64,000 bases of DNA from Macrostomum lignano. Its lineage: Eukaryota. Under the pieces are notes generated by a model. The model had not been told where the DNA came from. It saw only the letters and a program-made list of their open reading frames with translations, and did not search any database. Shown here in pieces: positions 37,191-48,576 of this stretch (position 1 is the stretch's first letter; every line of letters begins with the position of its first letter). The position numbers were made by a program, and so were the translations under genes. Location: the NCBI GenBank assembly GCA_002269645.1, contig NIVC01001567.1:124001-188000 (forward strand), read 5' to 3'.

Positions 37191-37808
37191 TTAATCCGCG
37201 TCAACTTTTGATATTTTGATTGGTTGGCTGCAGTGCCCCTTCTGTTAATTCCCTCTTTTTCAGTGGAGCAATAACACTTTCGATTTACTTTTTGTTTTTA
37301 TGCTGAACTCCAGGCCGAATAAATTCAATTTAAAACAGCGAAAATTTTGACTCAATTTCGAGAGGAAGTGTGACATTAGTTAGATCAATAAATATTTCTT
37401 TTTTATTTTTATTTTTTTTATTTTAATAAGAGACTCACGAGCGTAAGAATACATGTACCAGATGAAGTCCTCTCTGTCCCTGCATGGTCAATGGTCAATC
37501 CAGTTACATACCAGTGTCCCACAGTTATATCTGCTAATGACTTCAAGATGGACAGCTAAATAAAATATTCAATATTTTCTAAAATCAACAAGCGCCTCTT
37601 CAGACTAAATTAACGAAAATTTTCATGTATAAAATTGAGTTTAACCTCAGTGAATAAAACTGAGTGATCGCTGAAGCACAACTGCCACTTTTTTTATCGA
37701 GAATTTAATAGCCTTAGTGGCGATCATATTGTTTATTTACTATTTCCTGTAATCGAAGTAGCTACAAGTTCGAAGTATAATCGAAGTATTTTTATGCGGT
37801 CAATTGTA

Positions 37809-38852
37809 TCATGGCAACTGGCGAAAGAACTCGACAATCTGCTTTTCCGTCATTGAGGCGTTGGCCAGCCCCACAGCTCTCACGGTGCCTCGCAGAGTCG
37901 AGCCGCTTCCGGAGAACCGGCGGCCCACCGACAGGACAAGGCAGGAATGAAAAGTATTTGCAACGCTGCGAATTCCACCGGCCTCTACAAAGCTGCCGTC
38001 ATAAAAAAGTGCTGATGAAGATACTTCGCCAAATTTCACGGAGACTCCAATGTTGATCCACGCTTTACTGCTCGCTGGCAGCAGATTTATAGTTTGGGAG
38101 TAGAATAAAAAGTTTCTGCTGTCTGAGGAGGGACCCGCTTTGTTGAAGTACAGTCTATTTGCGGAATTATGTTCCCAAAGATGAGGTCCGAAGGAGCTCA
38201 TGTCTGAGCAGGAAACGGCTTCTAAGAATGGCTGGACCTTCGGCTCCCTCCTGAGCCTCATCAGCCACGTGAAGCTGGCCGACGGGTCGCTCGAGACGAA
38301 GCGACTGTCGTTGAGCAGCGCGTACGACGATGTCCCGTCGAAGCTGGCGCCCTCCTCAGTCCACTGCAGGTTCGCGCTCTCCAGTCGGTGGCCGCCGCCC
38401 CCGCCGCTGTCGTTCTGGCACACCAGGTTGCTGAACCGGCTGCTCCCACCTGCCAGCCACACGCCCACCAGCTGAGCGTCGAGCGAGGCGTCGCAGCTCG
38501 CCAACGACAACGCACGATACACCGAGCACTGCGACTGCTGCACTGCAGCTCCAGCTCCAATCGCGACGGCACCGCTTGCCTGCATCGTGCGACACACCTG
38601 CTGGTAGTGGAAGAGCGAGCACACACCTGTCTGCTTGTTCCACTCAAGCACCAGGCCGTCAGGCTCGCTGCTCGCTTTCAACACGCAGGCTTGCAGGCTT
38701 TGCGAGCTCCATCGAGTCAGCGCCGAGGTCTCGTTGAGGCAGTGCGGCATCCGGTACTGGCACCAGCGCCTGCCGCAGCTGCTTTTAGACGTGCCCTTTC
38801 CCACTGCCAATAAAAGCACCATCAGGAAAGCAAAGATATCTTTTGTTCTCAT
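37809..38852 (-). CDS. Secreted PAN-like + LamG/ConA-like protein, paralog A (347 aa, intronless)
   Basis: Signal peptide; SLQAC..WNKQTGVCSL (PAN/apple-like); LVGVW..FDGTSSY..SFT..WINIGV..LFYDG..LSVG..LRGTVRAV..MTEKQI (Laminin_G_3-like). Confidence 0.85.
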   Translation of the reverse strand: MRTKDIFAFLMVLLLAVGKGTSKSSCGRRWCQYRMPHCLNETSALTRWSSQSLQACVLKASSEPDGLVLEWNKQTGVCSLFHYQQVCRTMQASGAVAIGAGAAVQQSQCSVYRALSLASCDASLDAQLVGVWLAGGSSRFSNLVCQNDSGGGGGHRLESANLQWTEEGASFDGTSSYALLNDSRFVSSDPSASFTWLMRLRREPKVQPFLEAVSCSDMSSFGPHLWEHNSANRLYFNKAGPSSDSRNFLFYSQTINLLPASSKAWINIGVSVKFGEVSSSALFYDGSFVEAGGIRSVANTFHSCLVLSVGRRFSGSGSTLRGTVRAVGLANASMTEKQIVEFFRQLP

Positions 38853-39718
38853 TTAGGTGCGAATTTTAAAACTGATGGACAGTCAGAATTTTCGACAACA
38901 GAACCGATAGCTGAAGCTAAGGCCGCAGTTGCAGAATAGCAGAAGAGCCGTTGAGAATGCTGGAGGGTTTCCTTAAATAAGAAAGACACTCGAATGATTG
39001 ATATAGCTAAGAGTGTTTGCAGGCCTGCTTTGCACAGCTGTCGTTGAACAAGCTCAAATACTTCAAATAGACATGTATTACAAGGAAACTGGCTATTTGA
39101 CTTGTTGGGTTGTGGATTCTGCTGGGCACTCATTGCAAGCGATAAGCCCTTTTTACATAGTCGATGAGTGTCAGTTTTTTGGCGTTTGCATTGTTTGCAA
39201 AAGCCATACTTACTTTTTACCAAATAATTGATTCATTCTTGGATCCCGGCATGTCTTATTACCAAAGAGAATAGCTGACGTGAAGACTCGACATCATCAT
39301 TCTCAAATTCTGGCTTTAAGATCCATCCAGCCACTCGCACTCACACCCAATCAGACTCGTCTTTCGTCTTTCAGTGTTGCCGCTATGTTTAGAGTCTGTT
39401 TTTAAACAGAAAGCTGTGTAGCTCGTGGGCTCTGTTCGGTAACGAGGATAGGGCCTGTCGACTTAAGCTGATAAAATGGAGCCCGATCGAGTAACCGATA
39501 TATGCAAATGATACGTCATTCTGCTCACAGTCGTGACTCCAGAAAGCTAAGTTTGGCAAAAAAGCGACAAATTTGGAACTGTAAATAATTTAAGGACTGT
39601 TATGTACACTTTATGAGCTCAAGTTGACAGGCCCTTTAATTTGCCATTACGAGTTGTGTCAAAATCAAAGTTTCCAAGCTTTTCTTCTAAAATACATGCA
39701 TGCATTCAACAAACGGTA

Positions 39719-40467
39719 CCCAGGCCAAGAAGCGTCCCGGAGTCACTTGCGTCGCCCCAGAGTCGTTGCAGACGCGTTGCAGATGACAGGTCAAATAGAA
39801 AAGAAGTGACTCTAAACGACTCTAAAACGACGAGATTTCCCGGTACAAGTCGCCAAAAATTCTGGGGCGACTCTAGTGATTCTGGGGCGACTCTAGTGAC
39901 TCTGGGGCAACTCTAGTGACTCTGGGGCGACTCTAGTGACTCTGGGGCGACTCTAGTGACTCTAGGGCAACTCTAGTGACTCTGGGGCGACGCTAGTGAC
40001 TCTAGGGCGACTCTAGTGACTCTGGGGCGACTCTAGTGACTCTGGGGCGACGGTACAACGATTCTGGAGCCGTAGAGTCGTATGTGAGGCGTTCCAGAGT
40101 CGCATCAGAGTCACTGAGTTGTGTTTGAAGCGTATTTGCGTGGCTTGATGAATTAGAGTCACATTTCCGGCGTTTCAGCGGCATTCTGCAGTTGCATAAA
40201 AGTCGCAGAAGAAGCGCTTTAGCTTCACTGTAGAATCGTTAGTGCGTCACTTCTGAGGCGTTCTGGACGCGTTACAGAGTCGGTACTACCGGCCTCAAAC
40301 AGACTGTTGGATCGCCATTTCGAATAGAAAATGCATGCTCATCGACTCCAGCTCTACAGCGACGCTGTGTTTTCTACGTTTGACCTCGTATTTGACCTGT
40401 CATCTGCAACGCGTCTGCAACGACTCTGGGGCGACGCAAGTGACTCCGGGACGCTTCTTGGCCTGGG
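39719..40467. mobile_element. 749-bp MITE with 79-bp perfect TIRs, CCCAGG...CCTGGG ends and TA TSD (CACTA/EnSpm-like)
   Basis: 39719-39797 is the exact reverse complement of 40389-40467, with TA on both sides. Confidence 0.93.
39861..40052 (+). repeat. 20-bp tandem repeat (TCTGGGGCGACTCTAGTGAC), about 9-10 copies, inside the MITE
   Basis: Read directly. The unit shares GACTCTGGGGCGAC with the TIR. Confidence 0.95.
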
Positions 40468-40874
40468 TACCGTTTTCACCGGGTATAGTCTGCCTTTCGT
40501 TTTCGTGTTTCCTTTCGTGCTGGCTGACGCGGGCGGCTCTCTGTCTGCTTATGTCCGTGCCCTAACCCAGTGACTGTTGCAGCAGTTTTCCTTCAAAACT
40601 TAACTGAAAGCGTCATATTGAAGTTCCATCGCAACATATGCATTTTACAGGTTTCGCAAAGACCGGTGCAGGTAAAATGCCTAAGATGTGGCACCTTCAA
40701 AATACATTGCTAACCAAGGTAAGACGCTAAACTAGTAAATTGTGAATATTGTGAAAATTGTGAAAGCCTGAGACCGCAAAGAATAAAGTTGAGAGAGATT
40801 TAAAGCCAAAATTTTTATCAAATAAAATTGGGGAAGTGCCTGCAAAACCAGTGCAGTCTTGCATTAAATGAATG

Positions 40875-41335
40875 TCCCGATCTAGCACCTGTCTCAATCT
40901 AGCACACCTATTCCGATCTATCTAGCACACTTGTCCTGATCTAGCACACCTGTACTGATACACACCTGGTACTGATCTAGCACACTGAACCTGTCCCGAT
41001 CTAGCACCTGTCTCAATCTAGCAGACCCCTATTCCGATCTATCTAGCACACCTTTCCCGATCTAGCATACCTGTCCCGATCTATCACACCTGTCCCAATC
41101 TAGCACACCCATCCCAATCTAGCACACCCATCCCAATCTAGCACACCCATCCCAATCTAGAACACCCATCCCAATCTAGCACACCCATCCCAATCTAGCA
41201 CACCCATCCCAATCTAGCACACCCATTCCAATATAGAATACCCATCCCAATCTAGAATACCCATCCCAATCTAGAATACCCATCCCAGTCTAGCACACCC
41301 ATCCCAATCTAGCACACCCATCCCAATCTAGCACG
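40875..41335 (+). repeat. 19-bp minisatellite (TCTAGCACACCCATCCCAA)
   Basis: Read directly. Degenerate on the left, homogeneous on the right. Confidence 0.9.
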
Positions 41336-42510
41336 CATTCACCCCTATCTAGATGTATTTTTGGGACGGCTTTTACATAATATTGTGCTAGATATTAGTT
41401 TCGGGCTTTGGATTGAACCATTTAATTATCGGTATTTATTGGTGAATTGTACATAAAACAAGTAATAAATGCTTCTTTCAAATAGTTATAGTCTATTAAA
41501 AGCCTCCAAATATTTATTAATCAAATGGGTAAAAGGTTTGAAACAATCTGCAGATATATTTCAGAGTAGTACTGTCCGGACTAAAGGTATTCAAGTATAC
41601 CGCGGAAGTAATTAGCGAAAAAATCCAATTTAACAAAAAATTTCCTGTCAAGATTCCGATTAATATTAATTGGCAAGTCTTCCAGTTACCATTGTTCCGT
41701 GAATTCCTAGCAGCTGGACATAATGGATTCTTAAGAGCTATTGTAGTTGCAGTTGCCCTGCAGTTGTTAGTAACTATGGCATCCGTCTTGAAGCCTCGCC
41801 AAAGAAGAATGAAGCGACTCGTTGCAATCACGTGATGTTTTTCATTTCAGCCTTTTTTACTCAAGGAAAAGTTCATCTCCCCCAGCGCCCTTGAGCAGGG
41901 GAAATTAGTTAGTCCAGTAGGCTTGGAAAAAATCCTAATTGCAAAGATTCATTTGGGGTTAAGGTAGAGTTGATCATTGACTCTCTTATGGTATGGCTCT
42001 GTATTAGGTGCCAAAGAGTAGCCACCCCTTAACCGGTAAAAGTCTGCGCAGTTGTTTATGAAGATTTGCCTAAAAATAGTTTCTTGCCGTGTGGCAGCTC
42101 AACAAGCTACTCAATAATTAACGTTATAGAATAAAATCAAATGGGCTTTTCAGAATTGATGGTAGCAGAACTGCCGGTGGATATTCAGTTGGAGAGAAAT
42201 AAAACAAAAAATCCAACTGGCCCCATTGAATGCCGGCAGCTGGCGGAGGGGCTCTGGGGGTGTTGGAGGCACAGGGGGGGACGGCTGCTTCAGCTGCTTC
42301 CCACAAACGCTGAGGCAGAGCAAATAAAACCCGTGGAAAAAAGCAGCCGAAAATGCGCTCAAAACTTTTTCAGACCAGCACGAAACCTCCAGCCGCTCAT
42401 TTCTGTCAAGCGGAGTAACAAGGACACTCAATTGAAGGTCCAAATTCGAAACGAATACAAGAAAGAGTAAAATACTATAACTATTTACCGAAACAGCTGC
42501 AGTTAATGAG

Positions 42511-43554
42511 ATGACCAACAGCAAAATTATCGCTCCAGTAATTCAGCTGCTCCTCTGCCTTTTCATCGGGGCTGAGTCGGCAACGAGCTGCAGCAGGCGC
42601 TGGTGCCAGTACCGGATGCCGCACTGCCTCAACGAGACCTCGGCGCTGACTCGATGGAGCTCGCAAAGCCTGCAAGCCTGCGTGTTGAAAGCGAGCAGCG
42701 AGCCTGACGACCTGGTGCTTGAGTGGAACAAGCAGACAGGTGTGTGCTCGCTCTTCCACTACCAGCAGGTGTGTCGCACGATGCAGGCAAGCGGTGCCGT
42801 CGCGATCGGAGCTGGAGCTGCAGTGCAGCAGTCGCAGTGCTCGGTGTATCGCGCGTTGTCGTTGGCGAGCTGCGACGCCTCGCTCGACGCTCAGCTGGTG
42901 GGCGTGTGGCTGGCAGGTGGGAGCAGCCGGTTCAGCAACCTGGTGTGCCAGAGCGACAGCGGCGGTGGCGGCGGCAGCCACCGACTGGAGAGCGCGAACC
43001 TGCAGTGGACTGAGGAGGGCGCCCGCTTCGACGGGACATCGTCGTACGCGCTGCTCAACGACAGCCGATTCGTCTCTATCGATACTTTTACCGGCTTTAC
43101 TTGGCTGATGAGGCTCAAAAGGGAGCCGAGGGTCCAGCCTTTCATAGCAGTGGTTTCGTGTTCGGATTTCTCTATTATCGGTCCATTTTTTGTTGAATTT
43201 AATTCTGCCAACAAACTTTATTTCGGCACGAGCAACAGGCTGGCTCAGAAAGTCCTCTTGCACTCCTCTGGTGAATTTCTTACCAGCAGCTCCAGCTCAT
43301 GGGTGAACATCGCAGTCAGCATTGGCGCCGACGCTATCAGCAGCAATCTGTTCAGTGGCTCGTCCTTTGACTACAACGTGACTCGAAACGTCGGTGCTTC
43401 ATACTCGCAGCTCTTCTGCCCGGCGATTCTGATCGGCAGATACCAGACTCCATCGGTAAACTTCACCCTGCAGGGCACGGTGAGCGCCATCGCCATTGCC
43501 AACGGCTCACTGACCGAGCAGCAGATTCGCGCTTTTTTCAATCTGCTTCCTTGA
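42511..43554 (+). CDS. Secreted PAN-like + LamG/ConA-like protein, paralog B (347 aa, intronless, inverted relative to the others)
   Basis: Same architecture as paralog A. Central block nearly identical; signal peptide and C-terminal ~150 aa very different. Confidence 0.85.
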   Translation: MTNSKIIAPVIQLLLCLFIGAESATSCSRRWCQYRMPHCLNETSALTRWSSQSLQACVLKASSEPDDLVLEWNKQTGVCSLFHYQQVCRTMQASGAVAIGAGAAVQQSQCSVYRALSLASCDASLDAQLVGVWLAGGSSRFSNLVCQSDSGGGGGSHRLESANLQWTEEGARFDGTSSYALLNDSRFVSIDTFTGFTWLMRLKREPRVQPFIAVVSCSDFSIIGPFFVEFNSANKLYFGTSNRLAQKVLLHSSGEFLTSSSSSWVNIAVSIGADAISSNLFSGSSFDYNVTRNVGASYSQLFCPAILIGRYQTPSVNFTLQGTVSAIAIANGSLTEQQIRAFFNLLP

Positions 43555-45594
43555 GCTGCATGTACTTTACAGTGTCCCAATGACGGCCGGTTTACATACT
43601 CAAGTAGAAAGACGGGAACTATTAGGTTTCTTGGAAAATTTTAGAAGGCAGGTTTAGTTAGGGAGGCAAAATTCTATGGCGGCAACCGGAAACTTTCGTA
43701 TAGGAGCGTATTTAGCCCCGAATATTGTTATTGCATTTGATATATGATCAATTGTTTATCTTTCGATATGTCTTCCCGATCCCTATTGATATTCATAGGG
43801 CTTTTCGAATGTGAATCTATTTTGTCATTCTGTTTCACATTTTTTAACGCAGTCAGTTAAGAATAATGAACTAGCTAACTAAGAATAATTCTGTTCTATG
43901 AGTATCAATAGAGCTATGAGACGTGAAGACATATCAAAAGATGAACATTGGGTCTGCCTCTATAAAAGGTAATAACAAATTTTGTGCTGAAAAAATGAAA
44001 ACCATCATTCTCCGCAATGTAATTTTTTCGGTGTCTCCTAAAACTTTTTTGAACAAAATGTTGTTTACCGTCATTCTACTTGAGTAGTACTTATAATTGC
44101 CACCTGAGCAATCTTCTCAACAATGAGTAGTCTTTATTTTCTGCAAACTTCGACTAAATGTGCAATGTTTTATCTGCACAGACTATGTGAGTCTTCTGCT
44201 CAAGTGTGGATATAAAATCAAGGTGCCACTGGGGGTAGGGAAGAAGGGTAGCTGTATGGCCCCCTAGTGACAATTGGAGGCCAAGTTTTATAGAAAAATA
44301 TTGGCTGTTGTGCTAAAATGAGACTATAGCAGGTATGAGAGACAGAAATGGAACTTCCTTCCTAAAAAGTTCTGTCGATATTGATAAGTTGTTAGAATAC
44401 AAAAGAAATATGATCTATGTTCTGTATATCTTAGATATATATGAATAATGTTAATAAATGTTATTTTATATTTATAAAATTACAATTAAATGTAACTTTA
44501 ATAATATTCCTTGATCAGCTCGAGAACCGAACCAGCACCCAAAATTGCACCTATTCGTTGCATTAAAATAGACGTGTTTTTAACGTGTTTTTTAGATTAA
44601 ACTAGCAATGCCTTCGCTAGCGCCTGAGTTTTTTGTGTTGTTTCCCGACCCCAAAGTCTATATAAATGTCTTATAGTTTTAATTTAACTTTCCTGCTGCT
44701 CTTTTTTGATACTTTTGCGATGCCTATTTAACTACTCATATTTGTTTATCTGCCTTGTAACTTTTCTTTGCTTCGATTGACCTGATCGATTTTTATCCGG
44801 TTCCGGAATCCTGATATAAATTCTCAATAATATAATTTACAGACTTATCTTCTTATACTGTAGTTATAACTAACAAATAACTAATTAACTATCTAACTAG
44901 TTGCAGTACACTCTACCTTTCGCATTGCGCCCTTGTCTATTTATAATGTAGCTACATCAAGCTAGTGTACATCCACAATACTTAAGTGCATGTTGCTCTT
45001 TGAGCGAACGCTTGGATCTCAAATACATTAAATCACAATCAAACCCCAGTGGAGGCTAACTTCTAATTCGGCAAATTCTACTACCCAGTGGAAAAAAATG
45101 GCTCGGGCCACCGGTGGCCATTCGATGGCCAGTTGGCCTTATGGTGGCCATTACAAAAACTTACGTATGCCCCTATGTGACATTATAACACCATTATAGG
45201 TATCTGCTTTGTCATTAATCACATCGTTTAACATAAAAATGCAAGATAATTCAACCTCGGCAAATGCATGGCACTTCTTCGGCTTGGCCATACAAAAGGC
45301 AAAGCGCTGGTCATGCCGTGGCCAAACTATCTGCAAACCAGTCATACTACTCATAGTAAACAACTAGGTATGCGGAGATATTTGTATAAAATTTATTTAT
45401 TTTAGAGAAATGAGAAAATATTAATTTTCTCAATTCGAGATTGTGGCAGCTGAGGCAAGCATCCGGGTGGAGTGCTACTGGGTGGAGTACTAATCTGGGC
45501 AGAGTGCTAACTGGGCAGAGTGCTAATCTGGGCGGAGTGCTGGTAATCTGAGGGTGGGTGGTGTTAATCTGGGGGAGTAATGCTGGGGCTGGGG

Positions 45595-45950
45595 GGATGC
45601 TTGCTATCTGGGCTGGGCGGATGCTTGCTATCAGGGAATGCTTGCTATCAGGGGATGCTTGGCTATCAGGGGATGCTTGCTATCAGGGGATGCTTGTTAT
45701 CAGGGGATGCTTGCTATCAGGGGATGCTTGTTATCAGGGGATGCTTGCTATCAGGGGATGCTTGCTATCAGGGGATGCTTGCTATCAGGGAATGCTTGCT
45801 ATCAGGGGATGCTTGCTATCAGGGGATGCTTGCTATCAGGGGATGCTTGCTATCAGGGGATGCTTGCTACCAGGAGATGCTTGCTACGAGCCGTACAAGG
45901 AAATGCTTGCTATTAGAAGATGCTTGCTATCAGGAAATGCTTGCTATCTG
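45595..45950 (+). repeat. 17-bp minisatellite (GGGGATGCTTGCTATCA), about 20 copies
   Basis: Read directly. Explains the 17-aa periodic spurious ORFs. Confidence 0.95.
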
Positions 45951-46269
45951 CGCAGGGGTGTCGGAACCGGGGGGGGGGGGGGGCACAGGGGTGCTGAAGC
46001 CCCCCACCAACTTTTTTGCATGATCCTCCAAATGCCCTTTTTGAATTTCAAGCAATTGTCATCCAGTTTTCGGCTTTGGCTTTAGTGAGTCTTGGAAGCG
46101 AAGGGTACCAGCTGATATAATAGTTCAGTTCAGTTTTTATCTAATGTGCCTAAGCCTAGTGCTTTTAGTGCAAGGGTCAGCAAACTTTTTACCTCAAGGG
46201 CCGGATTGAGAACAGCGCATGACTGCCCTTCTTTTGCCCTCTTAGAAGGCCAAACTTTTGCCCTCAACA

Positions 46270-47907
46270 GCATCTTCCGGCAGCTGCACATCACCCGAGT
46301 AGAGCTGAAGTCTCAGATGGAGCAACAAGTGCAGCAGATGAGGGCAGAAATGCAGCGCCTGCGTCGCGATCTCCTGGCTGCGATTGGAGGGCATGGTGGG
46401 CAAGCCGTTGCAGCTGAGACCGAGCCGGTGCCAGTAGGGTCATGGAGGGAGTACGCGAACTTCGTCACATCTTCTGAGGCGATGATGGCGCGGGTAAGGG
46501 ACAATCTGGATTGAACAATATTTTTGTAGCACAGAAGTTCCCTCTCCTTATTCACAACTCAACAGTGTACAATTTGACAAGGCTACCGATTTGACAGAGT
46601 CGTATCTTAGTGCAGTGCTCACTCTGCAGTCGGCAGAGTGTAATCTCTATTTTATGCTTCATCCGCTCCATTGTTTCTGAGCATGCATTGGAAGGACAAA
46701 ATTCGGATTACTTTTAGACTTATATGTGCAACTGTTTGCTACTGTTAGTAAATCAAAAGCACTGTGGAAGGATTTTTCAAACATAATTATAAAATCTTTA
46801 CTTTTTCGCACGTCTAGCTCGTTGTACAAGTCAGCCTCAACCTTCTAAGTTTAAGGAGACAAACTTGACTTTTGACAATTCGATCAGTTTGTATTTTTGT
46901 GGGAATAGCCTAGTGGGTATAGCTGTTATGTATGATTTGACTGCTCTACTCAAAGCAAATAGAGAAAATAAAAATATTACAATAACATAGCATGCTAATT
47001 CAACCTGACTGTACATGAAGGCACTTTTTTATATCTTTTTCTAAACAATTGCTATATCGCTCCTTTTCATGCAGGTGCCATATCTCTTAGCCTGCAAATC
47101 GGCCACCACATATAACACCGTCCGTCGAATGGTGGACAAATGCCTCACAGTCGAGATGCAGCAGCAGGTGAACTACAGCGGCCGAGATCTCCAGAAGAGG
47201 AGTCAGTTGGAGCTCTCCGACACCCTTCTGGCATTCGAATGCCCTGCCTGCTTTCCAAGGTGAGCATGTTTCTTCTTTTGGATCATAGCCATCAGTCAGT
47301 TGGTACACCAAATTATGCACAAGTCTTCGCCTTGCTTTCATTATCACCGGCCGCTCTCTTTATTAAACTTTCATGCTTCAGTGGGGAGTCGTATCTTAGT
47401 GCAGTGCTTAGTGCTGTCGGCAGAGTGTAATCTCTTTATCTTATGCTTAATCCGCTCCATTGTTTTTGGGCATGCATTGGAAGGACAAAATTCGGATTTC
47501 TTTTAGGACTTATATGTTCAATTTTTAGCTACTGTTAGTAGACCAAAAGCACTGTGGAAGGATTTTTCCAACATAATTATGGAATCTTTACTTTTTCGTA
47601 CGCCTAGCCCATTGTACAAGTGATGCAATATTCCTACACTTATTTTGCTTCAGCTGCCATCTCGAAGATGCACGGAGGTCAGAGGCCTGCCGAGCGCGAT
47701 GTGGAGATAGCAGTCATCTCCGTCCTGAAAAACGCGCACGACAGAGCGGGAGGCCGTCAAAAGCGTCGCGATTCCTCAGCGGCGGCGGCTGTAGTGGCGC
47801 AGGCAAACAACGACCAGCAAGGAGGAAGACGAACTGCAGATGCGGACCGTCCTCGGAAGCGAACGCGGGAAAGCAGTTCCGAGGACGATTCACTCACATT
47901 TGAGTGA
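46270..47907 (+). pseudogene. DUF4806/BEN-like transposon accessory protein, 3 exons (~46270-46493, 47075-47259, 47654-47907)
   Basis: Coiled coil + PVGSWREY; NTVRRMVDKCL..NYSGR..KR; ERDVEIAVISVLKNAHDRAGGRQKRR. GT-AG introns; a 1-nt phase conflict near 47240. Confidence 0.6.
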
Positions 47908-47943
47908 TTCAGCCCTTTGTAGCCTTAATTGCTTGCATGAGTT

Positions 47944-48576
47944 CCACTGACTTATTTACCACTGAATGTCTTGTATTTCCACTGACTTATTTACCACTGA
48001 ATGTCTTGTATTTCCACTGACTTATTTACCACTGAATGTCTTGTATTTCCACTGACTTATTTACCACTGAATGTCTTGTATTTCCACTGACTTATTTACC
48101 ACTGAATGTCTTGTATTTCCACTGACTTATTTACCACTGAATGTCTTGTATTTCCACTGACTTATTTACCACTGAATGTCTTGTATTTCCACTGACTTAT
48201 TTACCACTGAGTGTCTTGTATTTCCACTGACTTATTTACCACTGAATGTCTTGTATTTCCACTGATTTATTTACCACTGAATGTCTTGTATTTCCACTGA
48301 CTTATTTACCACTGAATGTCTTGTATTTCCACTGATTTATTTACCACTGAATGTCTTGTATTTCCACTGACTTATTTACCACTGAATGTCTTGTATTTCC
48401 ACTGACTTATTTACCACTGAATGTCTTGTATTTCCACTGACTTATTTACCACTGAATGTCTTGTATTTCCACTGACTTATTTACCACTGAATGTCTTGTA
48501 TTTCCACTGACTTATTTACCACTGAATGTCTTGTATTTCCACTGACTTATTTACCACTGAATGTCTTGTATTTCCA
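47944..48576 (+). repeat. 35-bp minisatellite (CCACTGACTTATTTACCACTGAATGTCTTGTATTT), about 18 near-identical copies
   Basis: Read directly. The unit is a 15+20 dimer of CCACTGA. Confidence 0.97.

Noticed and set aside
38238-38264. Hammerhead-like CTGATGA-GGCTC-N6-GAGCC-GAAG at the core/tip boundary of the PAN-LamG genes
   Set aside because: Explained by the codons for LMRLxxEP. It lacks the A15.1-U16.1 pair and stem I, and GAA is not conserved in paralogs B, D and E.
42481-43263. Long antisense and alternative-frame ORFs over the PAN-LamG cores (also 38388-38813, 51472-51789, 57700-58170)
   Set aside because: Expected by-product of very GC-rich codon usage, repeated only because the core is duplicated.
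47944-48576. 35-bp regular repeat as a CRISPR array
   Set aside because: Head-to-tail identical units with no unique spacers, no cas genes, and a eukaryotic context.
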